Assembly (NCBI GenBank): GCA_038087875.1 | Contig: CM075991.1 | Location: 9,364,001-9,428,000 of the forward strand | Direction of reading: 5' to 3' | Source of the DNA: Malacoraja senta | Taxonomy: Eukaryota | Length of the DNA stretch: 64,000 nt | Shown here: piece after piece, positions 23,355 to 36,961 of the stretch | Layout: the number at the start of each line of letters is the position of its first letter | Position numbering within the stretch: position 1 is the stretch's first letter | Position numbers and translations under genes: made by a program | Notes under the pieces: generated by a model | Database searches by the model: none | Told to the model about the DNA's origin: nothing | Seen by the model: only the letters and a program-made list of their open reading frames with translations

Positions 23355-24694
23355 TAAGGCAGCAATGCTACTGCTGTGCCTGTCTTTTGGGAAGTTTGAC
23401 ATTGCCAAAATCTGAAAGATCAGCAGTAATTGCTGACTGTAGCATGATGGGGGTACAACAAAAACTTATATCTTAAACACCGATTGTACTTGAGTTTGAT
23501 TTAATTTTAAGTATGTGTAGTATTATCTGATCTGATTCAACAAAGTCATTCAATGTATTTCAGTACATGTCACAATAATAAACCTAAACCTAAACATATT
23601 TTTATTTATTTGCTTATAGGAAGCTGTGGTCACTGTCTAATGAAAGACACAAAGTGCTGGAGTAACTCGACAGGTCAGGCAGCATCCCTGGAGAACATGG
23701 ATAGGTGACGTTTCAGGTCGGGACCCTTCTTCGGTCATCTGAAGAAGGGTCCTTACCTTCACACGTACAAACTCCGTGCAGACAGCACCCGTAGTCAGGT
23801 TTGAACCCGGGTCTCTGACGCTGTAAGGCAGCAACTCTACCGCTGTGCCACCGTGCCACCCAGGGTCTGGTGGATCTGTGAGTGAAGAGTGAATAGAACT
23901 TGGACACGGGCAGCAGTGTTTAGGATTTTTAGACGTACTTAGTGATTTATTGCAGAGCGCGAAGGATGGATGTGAAATCTTATTGCACTGAAATTATTCT
24001 GAAAAAATATTCCGGCATGTAACTTGCAATGTAATAACTAATTAGTACTGACTCTTGCAATGAGAGTTATTGATAACACAGGAGTAAGCCATTCCCACAT
24101 CGTCCATGTTTTCTCAGCCATAACCCACACCCTTCAAAAACGGTCCTGATTCTGCACATACTAAAGTGACAGTCCCCCGCCGTACTTACAGCTCCAGAGG
24201 CAATGTCGCTACCCTCATAAACACTCCGTATAGTTTAAAGTAAGCTCGCTAATCCCATTCATTGGCCCTAGTCCCAGAATCTCATCACTCATGTCATAAG
24301 GTCATAAGTGATAGAAGTAGAATTAGGCCATTCGGCCCATCAAGTCTACTCCGCCATTCAATCATGGCTGATCTATCAGTTGGTTGGACCATGACCTTGG
24401 GTGCCGTCTGTGCGCAGTTTGCACGTTCTCCCTGTGACCATGTGGGTTTACTCCGGGGGCTCTGGTGTACACCCACACTCCAACGACATGCGGGTTTGTA
24501 AGTCATTTGGCTTCTGTAAATTGCCTCTAGTGTGCAGAATGCGAACCCTAACCCTAACATAGAACTAGTGTACAGTTGACCAATGGATGGCGTAGACCAG
24601 GTGGGCCGAAGGGCCTGTTTCCACACTGTATCTCTAAACTCTGATATAAACCTCTGATACAATCCTGGTAATGCAACAATGTATAAAAATGTAG

Positions 24695-25135
24695 GCATTG
24701 GGCCTGTATTCACTGGAGTTTAGAAGATTGAGGGGGGACCTCAATGAAACATACAGAATAGTGAAAGGCCTGGATAGAGTGAATGTGGAGAGGATGTTTC
24801 CACTAATGGGAGAGTCGAGGACTAGAGGTCATAGCCTCAGAATTAAAGGACGTTCTTTCAGGAAGAAGATGAGGAGGAGTTTCTTTCGTCAGAGGGTGGT
24901 GAATCTGTGGAATTCTTTGCCACAGAAGGCTGTGGAGGCCAAGTCAGTGGATATATTTAAGGCTGAGATAGATAGATAGATCCTTGATTAGTACGGGTGT
25001 CAGGGGTTAAGGGGAGAAGGCAGGAGAATGGGGTTAGGAGGGAGAGATAGATCAACCATGATTGAATGGTGGAGTAGACTTGAAGGGGCCCAATAGCCCA
25101 ACTCTGCTCCTATAACATGAATATGAACTTATGAA
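24695..25135 (+). mobile_element. CR1-clade LINE 3' fragment
   Basis: GLYSLEFRRLRGDLNETYRIVKGLDRV...WNSLPQKAVEAKSVDIFKAEIDR plus CR1 3' UTR. Confidence 0.9.
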
Positions 25136-25294
25136 CAATATTTAAAAGCCATTTGGACAAGTACATGGATAGGAAAAGTATGGAGGTATATGAGCCAAAC
25201 ACTGGCAGGTAGGACATGCATAGATGGGGCATCTTGGTCAGCGTGGGCAGGTTGGGCCAAAGTGCCTGTTTCCACGCTGTATAGCTCTCTGACT

Positions 25295-25392
25295 TAGTCT
25301 GAAGAAGGGTTTCGGCCCGATACGTTGCCTATTTCCTTCGCTCCATAGCTGCTGCTGCACCCGCTGAGTTTCTCCAGCACTTTTGTCTACCT
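25295..25392 (+). mobile_element. 98-bp Penelope-derived insert beginning at the hammerhead motif
   Basis: CTGAAGAAGGGTTTCGGCCCGATACGTT (GAAA mutated to GATA) at 25299-25326. Perfect 13-bp TSD TAGCTCTCTGACT at 25282-25294 and 25393-25405. Confidence 0.85.
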
Positions 25393-26024
25393 TAGCTCTC
25401 TGACTGTTACCAAGGGGAACTGAGCCCTGGGGCAGAACAGCCATGATCATGTTGAATGGCAGGACGGGCTTGAGGGGCCGAGTGGCCTCCTCCTGCTCCT
25501 TCTTTCTTCTGCTCCATCGCATGACCAGAGAGTGGGAACTGGACGCCAACCCCTACATCAGTCGATACACGTGGGATTGGAAGGGGAGAGAGGATCAGCA
25601 GAACAAAGGCACACGAAACTTGGCGAGTGATGCCACAAAAAAAGTTCGTAATTAATAGGTTTAAATTCAGCACAAGCTGGGGTGATAAGCGCGGTTTTCC
25701 TCTGCCTTTGTGTTGGGGATAAGCTGATATAGCAAGCATGTAGAGCAAGCGTGAAACACATCCAACACAGCTCAGAGCTTGGGGGAATGATTGTGAGTAT
25801 CAACGAGGGCTGTCTATGTAAACCACAGCCTTGAGCTCTCCAAGTTAATTATAGGAGATTTACTGTCATTATCTTTTTAATCTTTATAATTAATACTAAG
25901 ATTAAAACAATAAACAGGATGAGCAATTTCCTGCTGACTGCCTAGTCGCATCCATAAGCTCAGCCAAAAGATGCCTCTCCATCCAATGTGATTAGTGGTT
26001 GTAAGCCACTCAATATACAATAAG

Positions 26025-26675
26025 ACAGGCACAAAATGCTGGAGTAACTCAGCGGGACAGGCAGAGTCTCTGGAGAGAAGAAATGGGTGACGTTTCGGGG
26101 CGAGACCCTTTTTCAGACTGTCAGTCTGAAACCGACCCGAAACATCACCCATTCCTTCCCTCCAGAGATGCTGCCTGTCCCGCTGAGTAACTCCAGCATT
26201 TTACATAGATACATAGATACATAGAAAATAGGTGCAGGAGTAGGCCATTCGGCCCTTCGAGCCTGCACCGCCATTCAATATGATCATGGCTGATCATCCA
26301 ACTCAGTATCCCGTACCTGCCTTCTCTCCATACCCCCTGATCCCTTTAGCCACAAGGGCCACATCTAACTCCCTCTTAAATATAACCAATGAACTGGCCT
26401 CGACTACCCTCTGTGGCAGAGAGTTCCAGAGATTCACCACTCTCTGTGTGAAAAAGTTTTTCCTCATCTCGGTCTTAAAGGATTTCCCTCTTATCCTTAA
26501 GCTGTGACCCCTTGTCCTGGACTTCCCCAACATCGGGAACAATCTTCCTGCATCTAGCCTGTCCAACCCCATAAGAATTTTGTACGTTTCTATAAGATTC
26601 CCTCTCAATCTCCTAAATTCTAGCATTTGTGTCCGTCTTCGATTTAAACCAGCAACTGCAGTTCTTTCCTACACA
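26025..26675. mobile_element. Penelope-derived palindromic insert split by a minus-strand CR1 fragment (26203-26621)
   Basis: Inverted arms centred near 26120. The right arm breaks at cagcatttt (about 26202) and resumes at agcatttgtgtc (about 26622). The CR1 translation EFRRLRGNLIETYKIL...WNSLPQ lies between. Confidence 0.8.
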
Positions 26676-27250
26676 CTCAGTATAACAGTGGTCTTTCGCC
26701 TGCAGACAGGAAAAAAGAGAAAGGATTTGCCAAAGTCCCTCAGTAAACATCCTTAAACAATGGAAGTGTCTGTCCTGGGAAAATGAGATTGCAATGCTCT
26801 TTGCTCAGCAAATGGGAATGAAATGAGAACTCAAGAAATAGGCCATTCCCTGCATGGGCCTGTTCACCATTCAATGAAAGGCTTGAATAGAGCGGATGTG
26901 GAGAGGGTGTTTCCACGAGTGAAAGCATCTAGGATTAGAGGCCATAGCCTCAGAATTAAAGGACGTTGTGGGGGTTATGCAGAGAAGGCAGGAGAATGGG
27001 GTTAGGAGGGAGCGATAGATCAGCCATGATTGAATGGAGGAGTAGACTTGTTGGGCCAAAAGGCCTAATTCTGCTCCTATCACTTGTGACCGTATGACCA
27101 TAAGATCATGCTTGATCCAAGCTTCCAGTTCAGTCCAGTTTAGTTTATTGCCACATACACTGAGGTACAGTGAAAACTTTTTGTTGCGTGCAAACCAGTC
27201 AGCAGAAAGACACGCTGGCTCTCTTCCACTCTGTATCTCTAAACTAAGCT

Positions 27251-27922
27251 AAAACTGATAGATCGTGATTGATGAGAAAGCCACCATTTTCATTTCTACA
27301 GCACCATGCACTTGACGGTGCCGTGCTCTGTCACATGAAGACAGGGCAATAGACAATATAGACAATAGACAATAGGTGCAGGAGTAGGCCATTCGGCCCT
27401 TTGAGCCAGCACTGCCATTCAATGTGATCATGGCTGATCATCCCCAATCAGTACCCCATTCCTGCCTTCTCCCCATATCCCCTGACTCCGCTATTTTTAA
27501 GAGCCCTATCTAGCTCTCTCTTGAAAACATCCAGAGAACCCGCCTCCACCGCCCTCTGAGGCAGAGAATTCCACAGACTCACCACTCTCTGTGAGAAAAA
27601 GTGTTTCCTCGTCTCTGTTATAAATAGCTTACTCCTTATTCTTAAACTGTGTGGCCCCTGGTTCTGGACTCCCCCAACATCGGGAACATGTTTCCTGCCT
27701 CTAGCGTGTCCAAACCCTTAACAATCTTATATGTTTCAATGAGATCACCTCTCATCCTTCTAAACTCCAGAGTGTACAAGCCCAGCTGCTCCATTCTCTC
27801 AGCCTATGACAGTCCCGCCATCCCGGGAATTAACCTTGTATGTCGTGCACGACAGCGTAAAGTGCAAGGTGCTATAGAAATGAAAATCGTGACTTTCTCG
27901 TCAACGACGATCTATCAGTTTT
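27251..27922. mobile_element. Unclassified foldback/MITE-like element (about 76-bp inverted arms) with a minus-strand CR1 fragment (about 27348-27838) in its centre
   Basis: 27251-27326 is an imperfect reverse complement of 27847-27922 (AAAACTGATAGATCGT...ACGATCTATCAGTTTT). The centre is a CR1 3' end with (CTATTGT)n tail. Confidence 0.7.
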
Positions 27923-28423
27923 CAAGGCGAACTTGAATTGAATCAGCCTCTGATAGCAGTTTAGGTACACTGATAGGACAAAAGAACATTGCTAAACCCA
28001 TTTCTGTGAACGAATCGCACAAATAATGTATCTCATCTAAAAGAATTTCAATTGAATTTTCAACACAATACGACCACTCAATCAGGGAGATTTTTGGCAG
28101 CTTCAGAAATGAGACATTCACGCACAGCTGGAATCTCCATTTGGAGAGAGCAATTCAATCTGGCTATTATTTTTAAAGAACTTATCTATGCAATTGACTT
28201 TTAACATCATTATATTTGATTTGAACCCCAAGTGCTGAATCTGTAAAAACTTTTTAATGTCACATGAATACAGGGCATGTGAGAATGAACACTTTGCTGA
28301 ATGTATTGTGATGGAATATGATTAAAAATGTTCACAAATGATGCGTCCCCGCATTTCTTTATAGATTTCTCACGGCCTTGAAGGATGCCATTAGGCCCGT
28401 GGCCACTGTGCCGGCAACACAGC

Positions 28424-28740
28424 AGGCAGCACGGAGGCGCAGCGGTAGAGTTGCTGCCTCACAGTGCCATAGACCCAGGTTCGATCCTGACCTCGGGTGC
28501 TGTCTGCATAGAGTTTGTACCTTCTCCCTGTGACCGTGTGGGTTTTCTCCAGGTGCTCCGGTTTTGTCCCACTCTCCAAAGAAATACAGGTTTATATAGG
28601 TTAATTGGCTTTGGTAAAACTGTAAATCGTCCCTAGTGTGTAGGATAGTGCTTGTGAATGGGGATTGCTGGTCGGTGCGGACTCAGTGGGCCATAGGGGC
28701 TGTATCTCTATCTCTATCTCTAAACTAAATTAAACTAAAT
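28424..28740 (+). mobile_element. HE1-like V-SINE, full length
   Basis: GGCAGCACGGAGGCGCAGCGG head, GGTTCGATCC B box, core, TAAACTAAA tail. Confidence 0.85.
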
Positions 28741-28898
28741 ATGCGCATTTGTAGGTTAATTGGCTTCTGTAAATTGTCCCTAGTATGGAGTGGATGAGTA
28801 AGTGGAATAACATAGAATGGTGTTAACAGGTGATCAATGGTCAGCGTGGACTCGGTGGGCTGAAGGGCCAGTTTCCACGTCCCAAAGACGTGCAGTTT

Positions 28899-29162
28899 CA
28901 AGTCAAGTGAGTTTATTGTCATGTGTCCCTGGTAGGACAATGAAATTCTTGCTTTGCTTGAGCACAACAGAACATAGTAGGCATTTACTACAAGGCATTC
29001 TATAAATATATACACAATGGTCAATATACTGATAAAGTGCAAATAACAGTATTGGCTAGTAAAGTTCAGTGTTATGTCCGAGCCAGGTTTAATAGCCTGA
29101 TGGCTTTGGGGAAGTAGCTGTTCCTGAACCTGGTCGTTGCAGTCTTCAGGCTCCTGTACCTT
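28899..29162 (-). mobile_element. Rex1/Babar LINE 3' end, near-identical to 20325-20585
   Basis: About 260 bp matching the 20.3-kb copy, with about 2 visible substitutions. Confidence 0.88.
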
Positions 29163-29448
29163 GGTAGGGACACAGGAAATGGGAAGTTTGGTAGGTTAAC
29201 TGGCTGTTGTGATTGTCCTGAGTGTGTAGTATCTATAGGGGGATCTGAGGGGAATGTGACAAGACTAAAATGGGATTAGTGAATGGGTACTCGACAGTCT
29301 GTGTGGCCTCAGTGGGCCAAAAGGACCTTTTCCCATGCTGTATCTCTCTATGATTCTATAAACGTTAGACTTTAGACCTCAGAGATACAGCATGGAAACA
29401 GGCCCTTTGGCCCACCGGGTCCGCGCCAACCAGTACACTAATTCATCT

Positions 29449-29825
29449 CATAGAAACATAAAACATAGAAAATGGGTGCTGGAGTAGGCCATTCGGCCCT
29501 TTGAGCCAGCACCGCCATTCAATATGATCATGGCTGATCATCCAAAATCAATACCACATTCCTGCTTTCTCCCCATATCCCTTGATTCCATTAGCCCTGA
29601 GAACTATATCTAACTCTCTCTTGAATACATCCAGTGAATTGGCCTCCACTGCCTTCTGTGGCTGAGAATTCCACAGATTCTCAACTCTCTGGATGAAAAA
29701 GTTTTTCCTCATCTCAGTCCTAAATGGCCTATCCCTTATTCTTAAACTGTCACCCCTGGTTCTGGACTCCCCCAACATCGGGAACATTTTTCCTGCATCT
29801 AGCCTGTCCAATCCCTTAAGAATCT
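29449..29825 (-). mobile_element. CR1-clade LINE 3' fragment
   Basis: ILKGLDRLDAGKMFPMLGESRTRGDSLRI...LWNSQPQKAVEA; (TTTCTATG)n tail. Confidence 0.88.
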
Positions 29826-30689
29826 CACTCAGTTGCAGCCCCATCTCGACTGCAAAATGGAGGATATCTCCAAGACCTTGCCTCCACAAGTCCTCTGCCG
29901 GGATCAGTCCTACCACCATTCCCACCTGGAACCGATGGATTGACAAAACTGCTTAATACATCTATTATCCTATGACCCTCAGCAAGCAAAAACCCTCGGC
30001 ATAAAAATGCTGAAAATCCATATCCAAAAATTTGGCCCCCCGAATGGAATTCACACCACAATTGGAACCATGATTATCCAGTACAGAAAAAAAGTTACTT
30101 TATGTTAAGTCATTAAGCATCTTATTGCCAAATAAATCTTAAAAGTACAGATCAATTAGTGCGACATTAGTCAGGCAGAAAAACTGAAGAGCATTTTCAA
30201 GGCACTATCAACATTCAATTGAAACACTTGGTAACCTAAACCTCATTATAACTGCATTTCAAATCTGGCATCAGGAAATGGGAAGTGCTTGCTTCTGCAT
30301 GGGTGAACTAAGATGTGCTAAATGGCGTTCTGCATCTTTATTTATCGCGTGAATCCTTCAAAAAAGGAAACTGGAGTTGCCAGGTCGGTTGACTCGTGCA
30401 ATGTATCTGAGAAATGTCAACGTCTTAATGCTTGCAAGGTGTGTGAATTAAATGGCAAATTAGTTCACGGGGTTGAAAATCGCCTTGGCAATGCAAAGCA
30501 GAGGTGATGATAAACAAGCAAGCATCTGTTTCTTTTTTGCTGTTAACACCATTCGGCATTGATGTGCAATTAACTAGAATGATTATATAATCGACTCCAA
30601 GCTGCACAGCCCAGTGATATGTGCAGGCAAAACTAATGCATTTTGAGTGAGCTACAAAAACTCCCTGGTTACAGGAGGCTGTATATCTT

Positions 30690-30887
30690 GCTGGAGTAAC
30701 TCAGCGGGACAGGCAGCATCTCTGGAGAGAGGGAATGGGTGACGTTTCGGGTCGAGACCCTGCTTCAGACTCGACCTGAAACGTCACCCATTCCTTCTCT
30801 CCAGAGATGCTGCCTGTCCTGCTGAGTTACTTCAGCATTTTGTGTCTATCTTCAGTTTAAACCAACATCTGCCGTTCCTTCCTTCAC
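30690..30887. mobile_element. Penelope-derived palindromic insert
   Basis: Inverted arms around about 30765. Perfect 14-bp TSD AGGCTGTATATCTT at 30676-30689 and 30888-30901. Confidence 0.85.
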
Positions 30888-31227
30888 AGGCTGTATATCT
30901 TCACAGGTTTGGCGAATGGCACAATTATCCACATGGAATATCAGGTGGAAATTCTAGTGGGAACACGTGAGGTGATGCCTACACTGCGCCAACAGGAAAT
31001 TAAATACCTGTAGACTCAGCATCAGTGGCAACTGAAATTGTTGTGGAATTCTCTGCACCAGAATGGCCCATTCAAAATAAGTCAGTCACACAGCACGGAA
31101 ACAGGCCTTTGGCCCCACCTGTCCATACCGATCAAGTTGCCCAACATATATGCAACTCTACATATATAACCTTTTTGATGTATGTACCTGTTCAAATTTA
31201 TTTTACATAAATGTCATAATATTAGTT

Positions 31228-31322
31228 TATAGACGCAAAATGCTGGAGTAACTCAACGGGTCAGGCAACATCTCTGGAGTAAAGGAGTATGTGACGTTTC
31301 GGGTCGAGACCCTTCTTCAGTC
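31228..31322 (-). mobile_element. Penelope-derived short insert with intact minimal hammerhead motif
   Basis: Minus strand CTGAAGAAGGGTCTCGACCCGAAACGTC at 31320-31293. Confidence 0.82.
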
Positions 31323-31764
31323 AATTTGACCATTTTGACCCAGTCTGAGTTTCCTATTCGATCAAGAGCAGAACTCTAAGGACAAACTAGATGGTTTGAC
31401 TGTCCAAACGGTATTTCTCATGAAGCATACTGATATTAAGTTAACATACAACAGTTCCGGAGAGCCAGGGGAGAGGGAAACTAGAGGAATGAAAAAGTAC
31501 AGAACAAATCAGAGCCAGGACCCATGGCCCAGGAAAGGAGGAGTTCACAATGGTCCACCATTCTAATCCTCTCATGGGAAATGGACAATGGTTTAATCAT
31601 TTTTCCCCATCATAAATTCTTGGCTCACTTTTTAATAAAAATTGAAATTAAAGGATTACTTTAAAATTCATTACATTTTTACAATCATTAGGGACTATTT
31701 GCCAAGTATTAATTCTAGTTTAGCACACCATTGAAACCTAATTTGCTCATAATATGGTGGCTCA

Positions 31765-32528
31765 AGGGGCTGTCCCACTGCGGCGACCTAATCCGCGAGT
31801 TCAGAAGAGTGTCTTCGACCTTCAAGCTCGAGGGCACTCGCCTGGAAAACCTCGAGCTGGATCGACCGTCAGCGTTGAAACCGCGAGCTGGATCGACCGA
31901 CCGCGCACACACATAAACACACACAAACACATCGCAAAGGCGGAGGCCAGGGAAAGCGGGGGAGCACTGTCTGAAATTCACACCCGCGATGAAGAGGATG
32001 GTAAAAGATGGCTGCACAGTGTACGGTAAGTCCTTTAGAGAGCGGGGGGGAGGGGGGGGTGGGAGAGGAGGGGAGAGAAGGAGAGAGAAGGGGGGGAGAA
32101 GGAGTGGAGACACTTTTAAGAAGTCAGACAACGTTTAATAACATTTAGCGGGCATTTTACCTACCGGTCGGTTTTCCTTGGTCCTGAAAACTCCAATGAG
32201 CCAATTAAAATGCCCGGTCAGCGAAGGAGATTGCCTACGGCTGCCCTCGACTGCCTGTAACCACATAGCGACCCCACTCCACTGCACTACGAGTTAAAAA
32301 GAACCATGCCGACCAATTTTTACTCGCGGAAAATTTTTCAACTTGCTGAAAAAATGTCCGCGACGTAGCTGAGGCCGCGAGTATGCGGGAACTTCCCTCG
32401 AGCATGAAGGAGAGTTCTAGTGACCTCCTGGGACCTCCTAGGACCACGTGTCAACCATGCTGCGAGTTTAAGTCAAGGGCAAACTCTTCTAAACTCACAG
32501 ATTAGGCCGCCGCAGTGGGACAGCCCCT
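31765..32528. mobile_element. PIF/Harbinger-type non-autonomous DNA transposon
   Basis: About 70-bp imperfect TIRs starting AGGGGCTGTCCCACTGCGGCGACCTAATC; flanks TCA/TTA (TNA-type TSD, one mismatch). CpG-rich interior without a transposase ORF. Confidence 0.8.
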
Positions 32529-33687
32529 TTAACAGGGTAGTTAACAACACAGCATGTTTGTAAATAGCCAGAATTGTCATCACTTTTTCACCTGATTTCA
32601 TTGAAAAAAATAATCTTAAAATGATCTACCCTTATGACAACCTGGGCCAGGGGCTGTAGTCACTTGGACAGGCTAGGCTTGTATCCACTGGAGATTAGTG
32701 GGAAAGGACTTGATTAATACATTCATGTTCCTGAGTGGTCTTGGTAAGTGGATTAGTTTAGTTTAATTTAGTTTAGAGATGCAGAGTGGAAACAGGCCCT
32801 TCGGCCCACCGAGTCCACACCGACCAGCTATCCCCGCACATTAACACCCTCCTACACACAATAGGGACAATTTACATTTATACCAAGCCAATTAACCTAT
32901 AAACCTGTACGTCTTTGGAGTGTGGGAGAAAACCGAAGATCTCTTGACTGGTGACAGAGGTTATGGGGAGAAGGCAGGAGAATGGGACTAGGAGGGAGAG
33001 ATAGATCAGCTATGATCGAATGGCAGAGTAGACTTGATGGGCCGAATGGCCTAATTCTTCTCCTATCACTTATGATCTTATAATATTGGACAACACCCAC
33101 ACAGGTCACAGGAAAACATACAAACTCCGTAAGGTCATGCACCTATAGTTAGGATCGCACCCGGGTCTCTGGCGCTGTCAGGCAGTAGCTCCTACTGCTA
33201 TTGCACCGTGCCGCCCTTAATGGGATGTTGAATGAATGTTTGCCAGTGCCAAGAGAGAGTCAAGAGGCTCAAGGGTGTAGAATTGTACTGAAACTGAACA
33301 ATTATAGTTTTACTTACATAGATACATAGAAAATAGGTGCAGGAGTAGGCCATTCGGCCCTTCGAGCCTGCACCGCCATTCAATGTGATCATGGCTGATC
33401 ATCCAACTCAGTATCCCGTACCTGCCTTCTCTCCATACCCCCTGATCCCTTTAGCCACGGTGTACTTGTAGCACACCGTGGCTGTAAATAATGTTTCAGA
33501 GAAGGTTTACGAGGATGTTGCCAGGACCCGAGGGACTGAGCTACAGGGAGAGGTTGAGCAGTCTAGAACTCTATTCCTTGAAGCGAAGGAGGATGAGGGG
33601 CGATCTTATAGTGTACAGAATCATGAGAGAACAGATCGGGTAAACATCTCATGCCCAGAGAAGGGGAATCAAGAACCAATGGATATA

Positions 33688-33894
33688 CAGCCTCCCTTTG
33701 ATCTGGTATTTTGTTGGTTCACATGCTTGATCAATGGTGTTTTATCATTAATGTTTTATTATTATTAATGTTCAGTGTTTTCTGAGTCATTCGTAACTGT
33801 CACTGTATGTCATGTTGTTACTTGTGGGCGGAGCACCAAGGCAAATTTCTTGTATGTGAATACTTGGCCAATAAACTTACTTACTTACTTACTT
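33688..33894 (+). mobile_element. Rex1-like LINE 3' UTR fragment
   Basis: Reverse-complement similarity to 17460-17640; ends GGCCAATAAA(CTTA)n. Confidence 0.65.
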
Positions 33895-34497
33895 AAGGTG
33901 AGGGGGGGAAAGATTTAATGTGTCTATCTTCAGTGCAAACCAGCATCTGCAGTTCCTTCCTACACAAAATATTCGGTAAATCCATTGTCTGCAAACTCTG
34001 CACTGCTATTCATTGGAGGTAGTTGAACAACCGATTCCAATATTTCAAGTTATTAATCATCCTACTTATTTTAGTTCAGAATAATATTTCACGGGAAGTG
34101 CAAACCGGTTCTTGAAGGAGTGAAAGGAACAAATAACACAGATGAAAGCAGGTTATTAGCTTTAAATTTCAGAACGCACAGCTATCAAGTTGCCAGGTCT
34201 GAAGCAGCAGAATGCATTGACCACAATGTTTCTGGGCCTCCAGATACCAGGTATAAAACCGGCCAACATCAAGGATAACAGCTACTCCATCAAAACATTG
34301 CTCGGATTGACGTCGTGAGATTTCTAAGCATCTGGGGATTTAAACTAAGCTGGGTAAGAGTCAGCATAAATTCAGTAATGAACAGAATCTGAACACTCCT
34401 GGCATGGATATGAATGAGTTTCTCCTCCTAGCACCGCACCATTGTGCATCCATGTAAGGTTTCTGCAGGAGATAGCCCGCCGACCCTCAAGGTCCTT

Positions 34498-34981
34498 TTC
34501 ACCCCCATTCTGGCCTCTCTCCACTGGCTCCCAGTGCGGTACAGAATCCTCCTTTATGTATCCAAAGCCCTTAACGGGCTTGCCCCCACCTATATCAAAA
34601 ATCTGCCAACCCACCATTCTACCTCCAGGTCCCTCAGGTCGGCCGACTTGGGGCTACTGGCTATCCCGCGGTCCAGGTTTAAGCTCAGGGGCGACCACGC
34701 TTTTGCGGTTGCAGCACCTAGACTGTGGAACAGCATCCATCTTCTCATCAGAACCGCCCCCTCCATCCACTCCTTTAAGTCTAGACTTAAAACTTGTTTC
34801 TACTCACAAGCGTTTCTTGAGGTCCTCTGAGTGAGCGCTGTATGTATGTATTTATGTATGTATTGTTAGATCTATGTACCACTGTATGTAGCATGTTAGT
34901 ACCTGCACTGATGTAAAGCACTTTGGTCAACGAGAGTTGTTTTTAAATGTGCTATAGAAATAAAATTGACTTGACTTGACT
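34498..34981 (+). mobile_element. L2-clade LINE 3' fragment
   Basis: TPILASLHWLPVRYRI...KALNGLAPTYI...RSLRS...GDHAFAVAAPRLWNSI...FKSRLKT; 3' stem-loop region, AATAAA and (TTGAC)n tail. Confidence 0.88.
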
Positions 34982-36961
34982 TTACAGAGGGTGGAAAGAG
35001 AGGAGACAGGCATATGTCTGGAGTTTTTCACCTGACACAAGAGGTCTACACCCCATGAAGGTCAATCTCATCACCAAGTAAAGGCCTTTGGGATGAGTGG
35101 AGATAATGTATGATGAGCCACTCCGTGAGGAGTGGGTGAATGGACAGTTGAAAGGAAGGGTGTTGTCAGCATGAGCTGAAAAGAAACTAATCTTTGCCAA
35201 ATGGAGACACACGGAACTGTAGATGCTGGAATCTTGAGTGATAAACAATGTCCCCGGAGAAACTCAGCAGGCCGGGCGGCATCTGGGCAGGGAATGGATA
35301 GGTGACGTAATGGGTCGGGACCCTTCTTCAGGCTCATTGTTTGGCAAAACAGGGCATCAATAATGGCAGGTGCATATACAACTATAGAGTCAGCGAGCTG
35401 TACAGCATGGAAACTGTACCGTACGGCCCTTTGGCCCATCTTGTCCATGCCGACCAAGTTGGCGTATTGGGCTAGTCCCATTTGCCTGCACCTAACCCAT
35501 ATCGCTCTAAACTTTTCCATCCATGTATCTGTCCAAATGTTTTTTAAAAGCCACAATTGTATCCACTCCTAAGCTTCTCATAACGTCATTGGCTTCTCAT
35601 AACCCAGCTCGGAGACGACGGACTTTGGCTCCTCCTTGTGTGTGACTTTCTTTCCAGGAGGATTCCCAGAAGACTGCAGAAGAAGACACTTCACTGTAAG
35701 GAGCAGTGAAGGTCATTAGTCATTAGTTTATTGTCATGTGTACTGAGGTTACACTGAACAGCTATTGTTGCATGCAGAACAATAGCTCAGCCAGCGGAAC
35801 AACCAGTCAGCGGAAAGACATGATTACAATCAAGCCATCCACAGTGGACAGACACATAATAAAGGGAATAAAGTGAAAAACAAAGCCAGTAAAGTCCGAT
35901 CATAGCAAGAAAAGCCAGTATAATCCGATCAAAGATAGTCCAAAGGTCTCCAATTAGGTAGATATAGTGTCTCAGAACTGCTCTCTATTTGGTGGTAGAA
36001 TAGACAATAGACAATAGGTGCAGGAGTAGGCCATTCGGCCCTTCGAGCCAGCACTGCCATTCAATGTGATCATGGCTGATATTCCCTAATCAGTACCCCG
36101 TTCCTGCCTTCTCTCCATATCCCCTGACTCCGCTATATTTAAGAGCCCTCTCTCTTGAAAGCATCCAGAATGGTTCAGTTGCTTGATAACAGCAGGGAAG
36201 AAACTGTCCTCCTCGATTCTGGAGATATGTTTTCTCACACTTCTATACCTTTTGCCTGATGGGAGAGGGGAGAAGAGGAGGTGGCCAGAGTGCGACTTAA
36301 CATCGATTATACTGGTAACCTTGCCGAGGCAGCATGAGGCGTAGATGGAGTATTTCAATGTCCTATCTGGGACACATGACAATAAACTCTCTTGACTTGT
36401 CTTGAGTCAGTGAAAGGAATGGGAGATCACAGAGAGGGTGAGGTTTGTACAGGGATAGACAATGTTGCCGATAGACATGGGGTGGAGCGCTGCTGGGATG
36501 AGGAGATGTGCAAGTTGAACCCCAACTAATTATTTTAGTCAGCTGCACTTGGGAATGTGACCTGTTCTTTATTGCTGCAGTCGGGTTTTATTCTGCAGGT
36601 CCTGAACTCAAATGCTTCAAGTTGCATGTGGCATCTCAAGTTTCCATTTCAAAGACTGTCACTCCGAAGTAATTGTGTTAAACGGTGCTCTAAACCAAAT
36701 TTATTGCGGCACAGTCAGAAGTCTTTGGAGAGTGAATAAAGCATGAGGGATGGTTTTGTACTGAAGACTAAAGGCAAAAATATTGCATTCATCAGGGATA
36801 TTCTGAAGGTCACCAATAAACTCGGCATATAACAGCTCCAGATGCAGTATATCAATCACATTTGCCGGTGCCCATTTGGCCCTCCTGTGATCACACTGTC
36901 TTGTGTAGTTGGTAAAGGAAATCTGATATATACATTGAAATGGGAACAAGTTCTTACTGAC

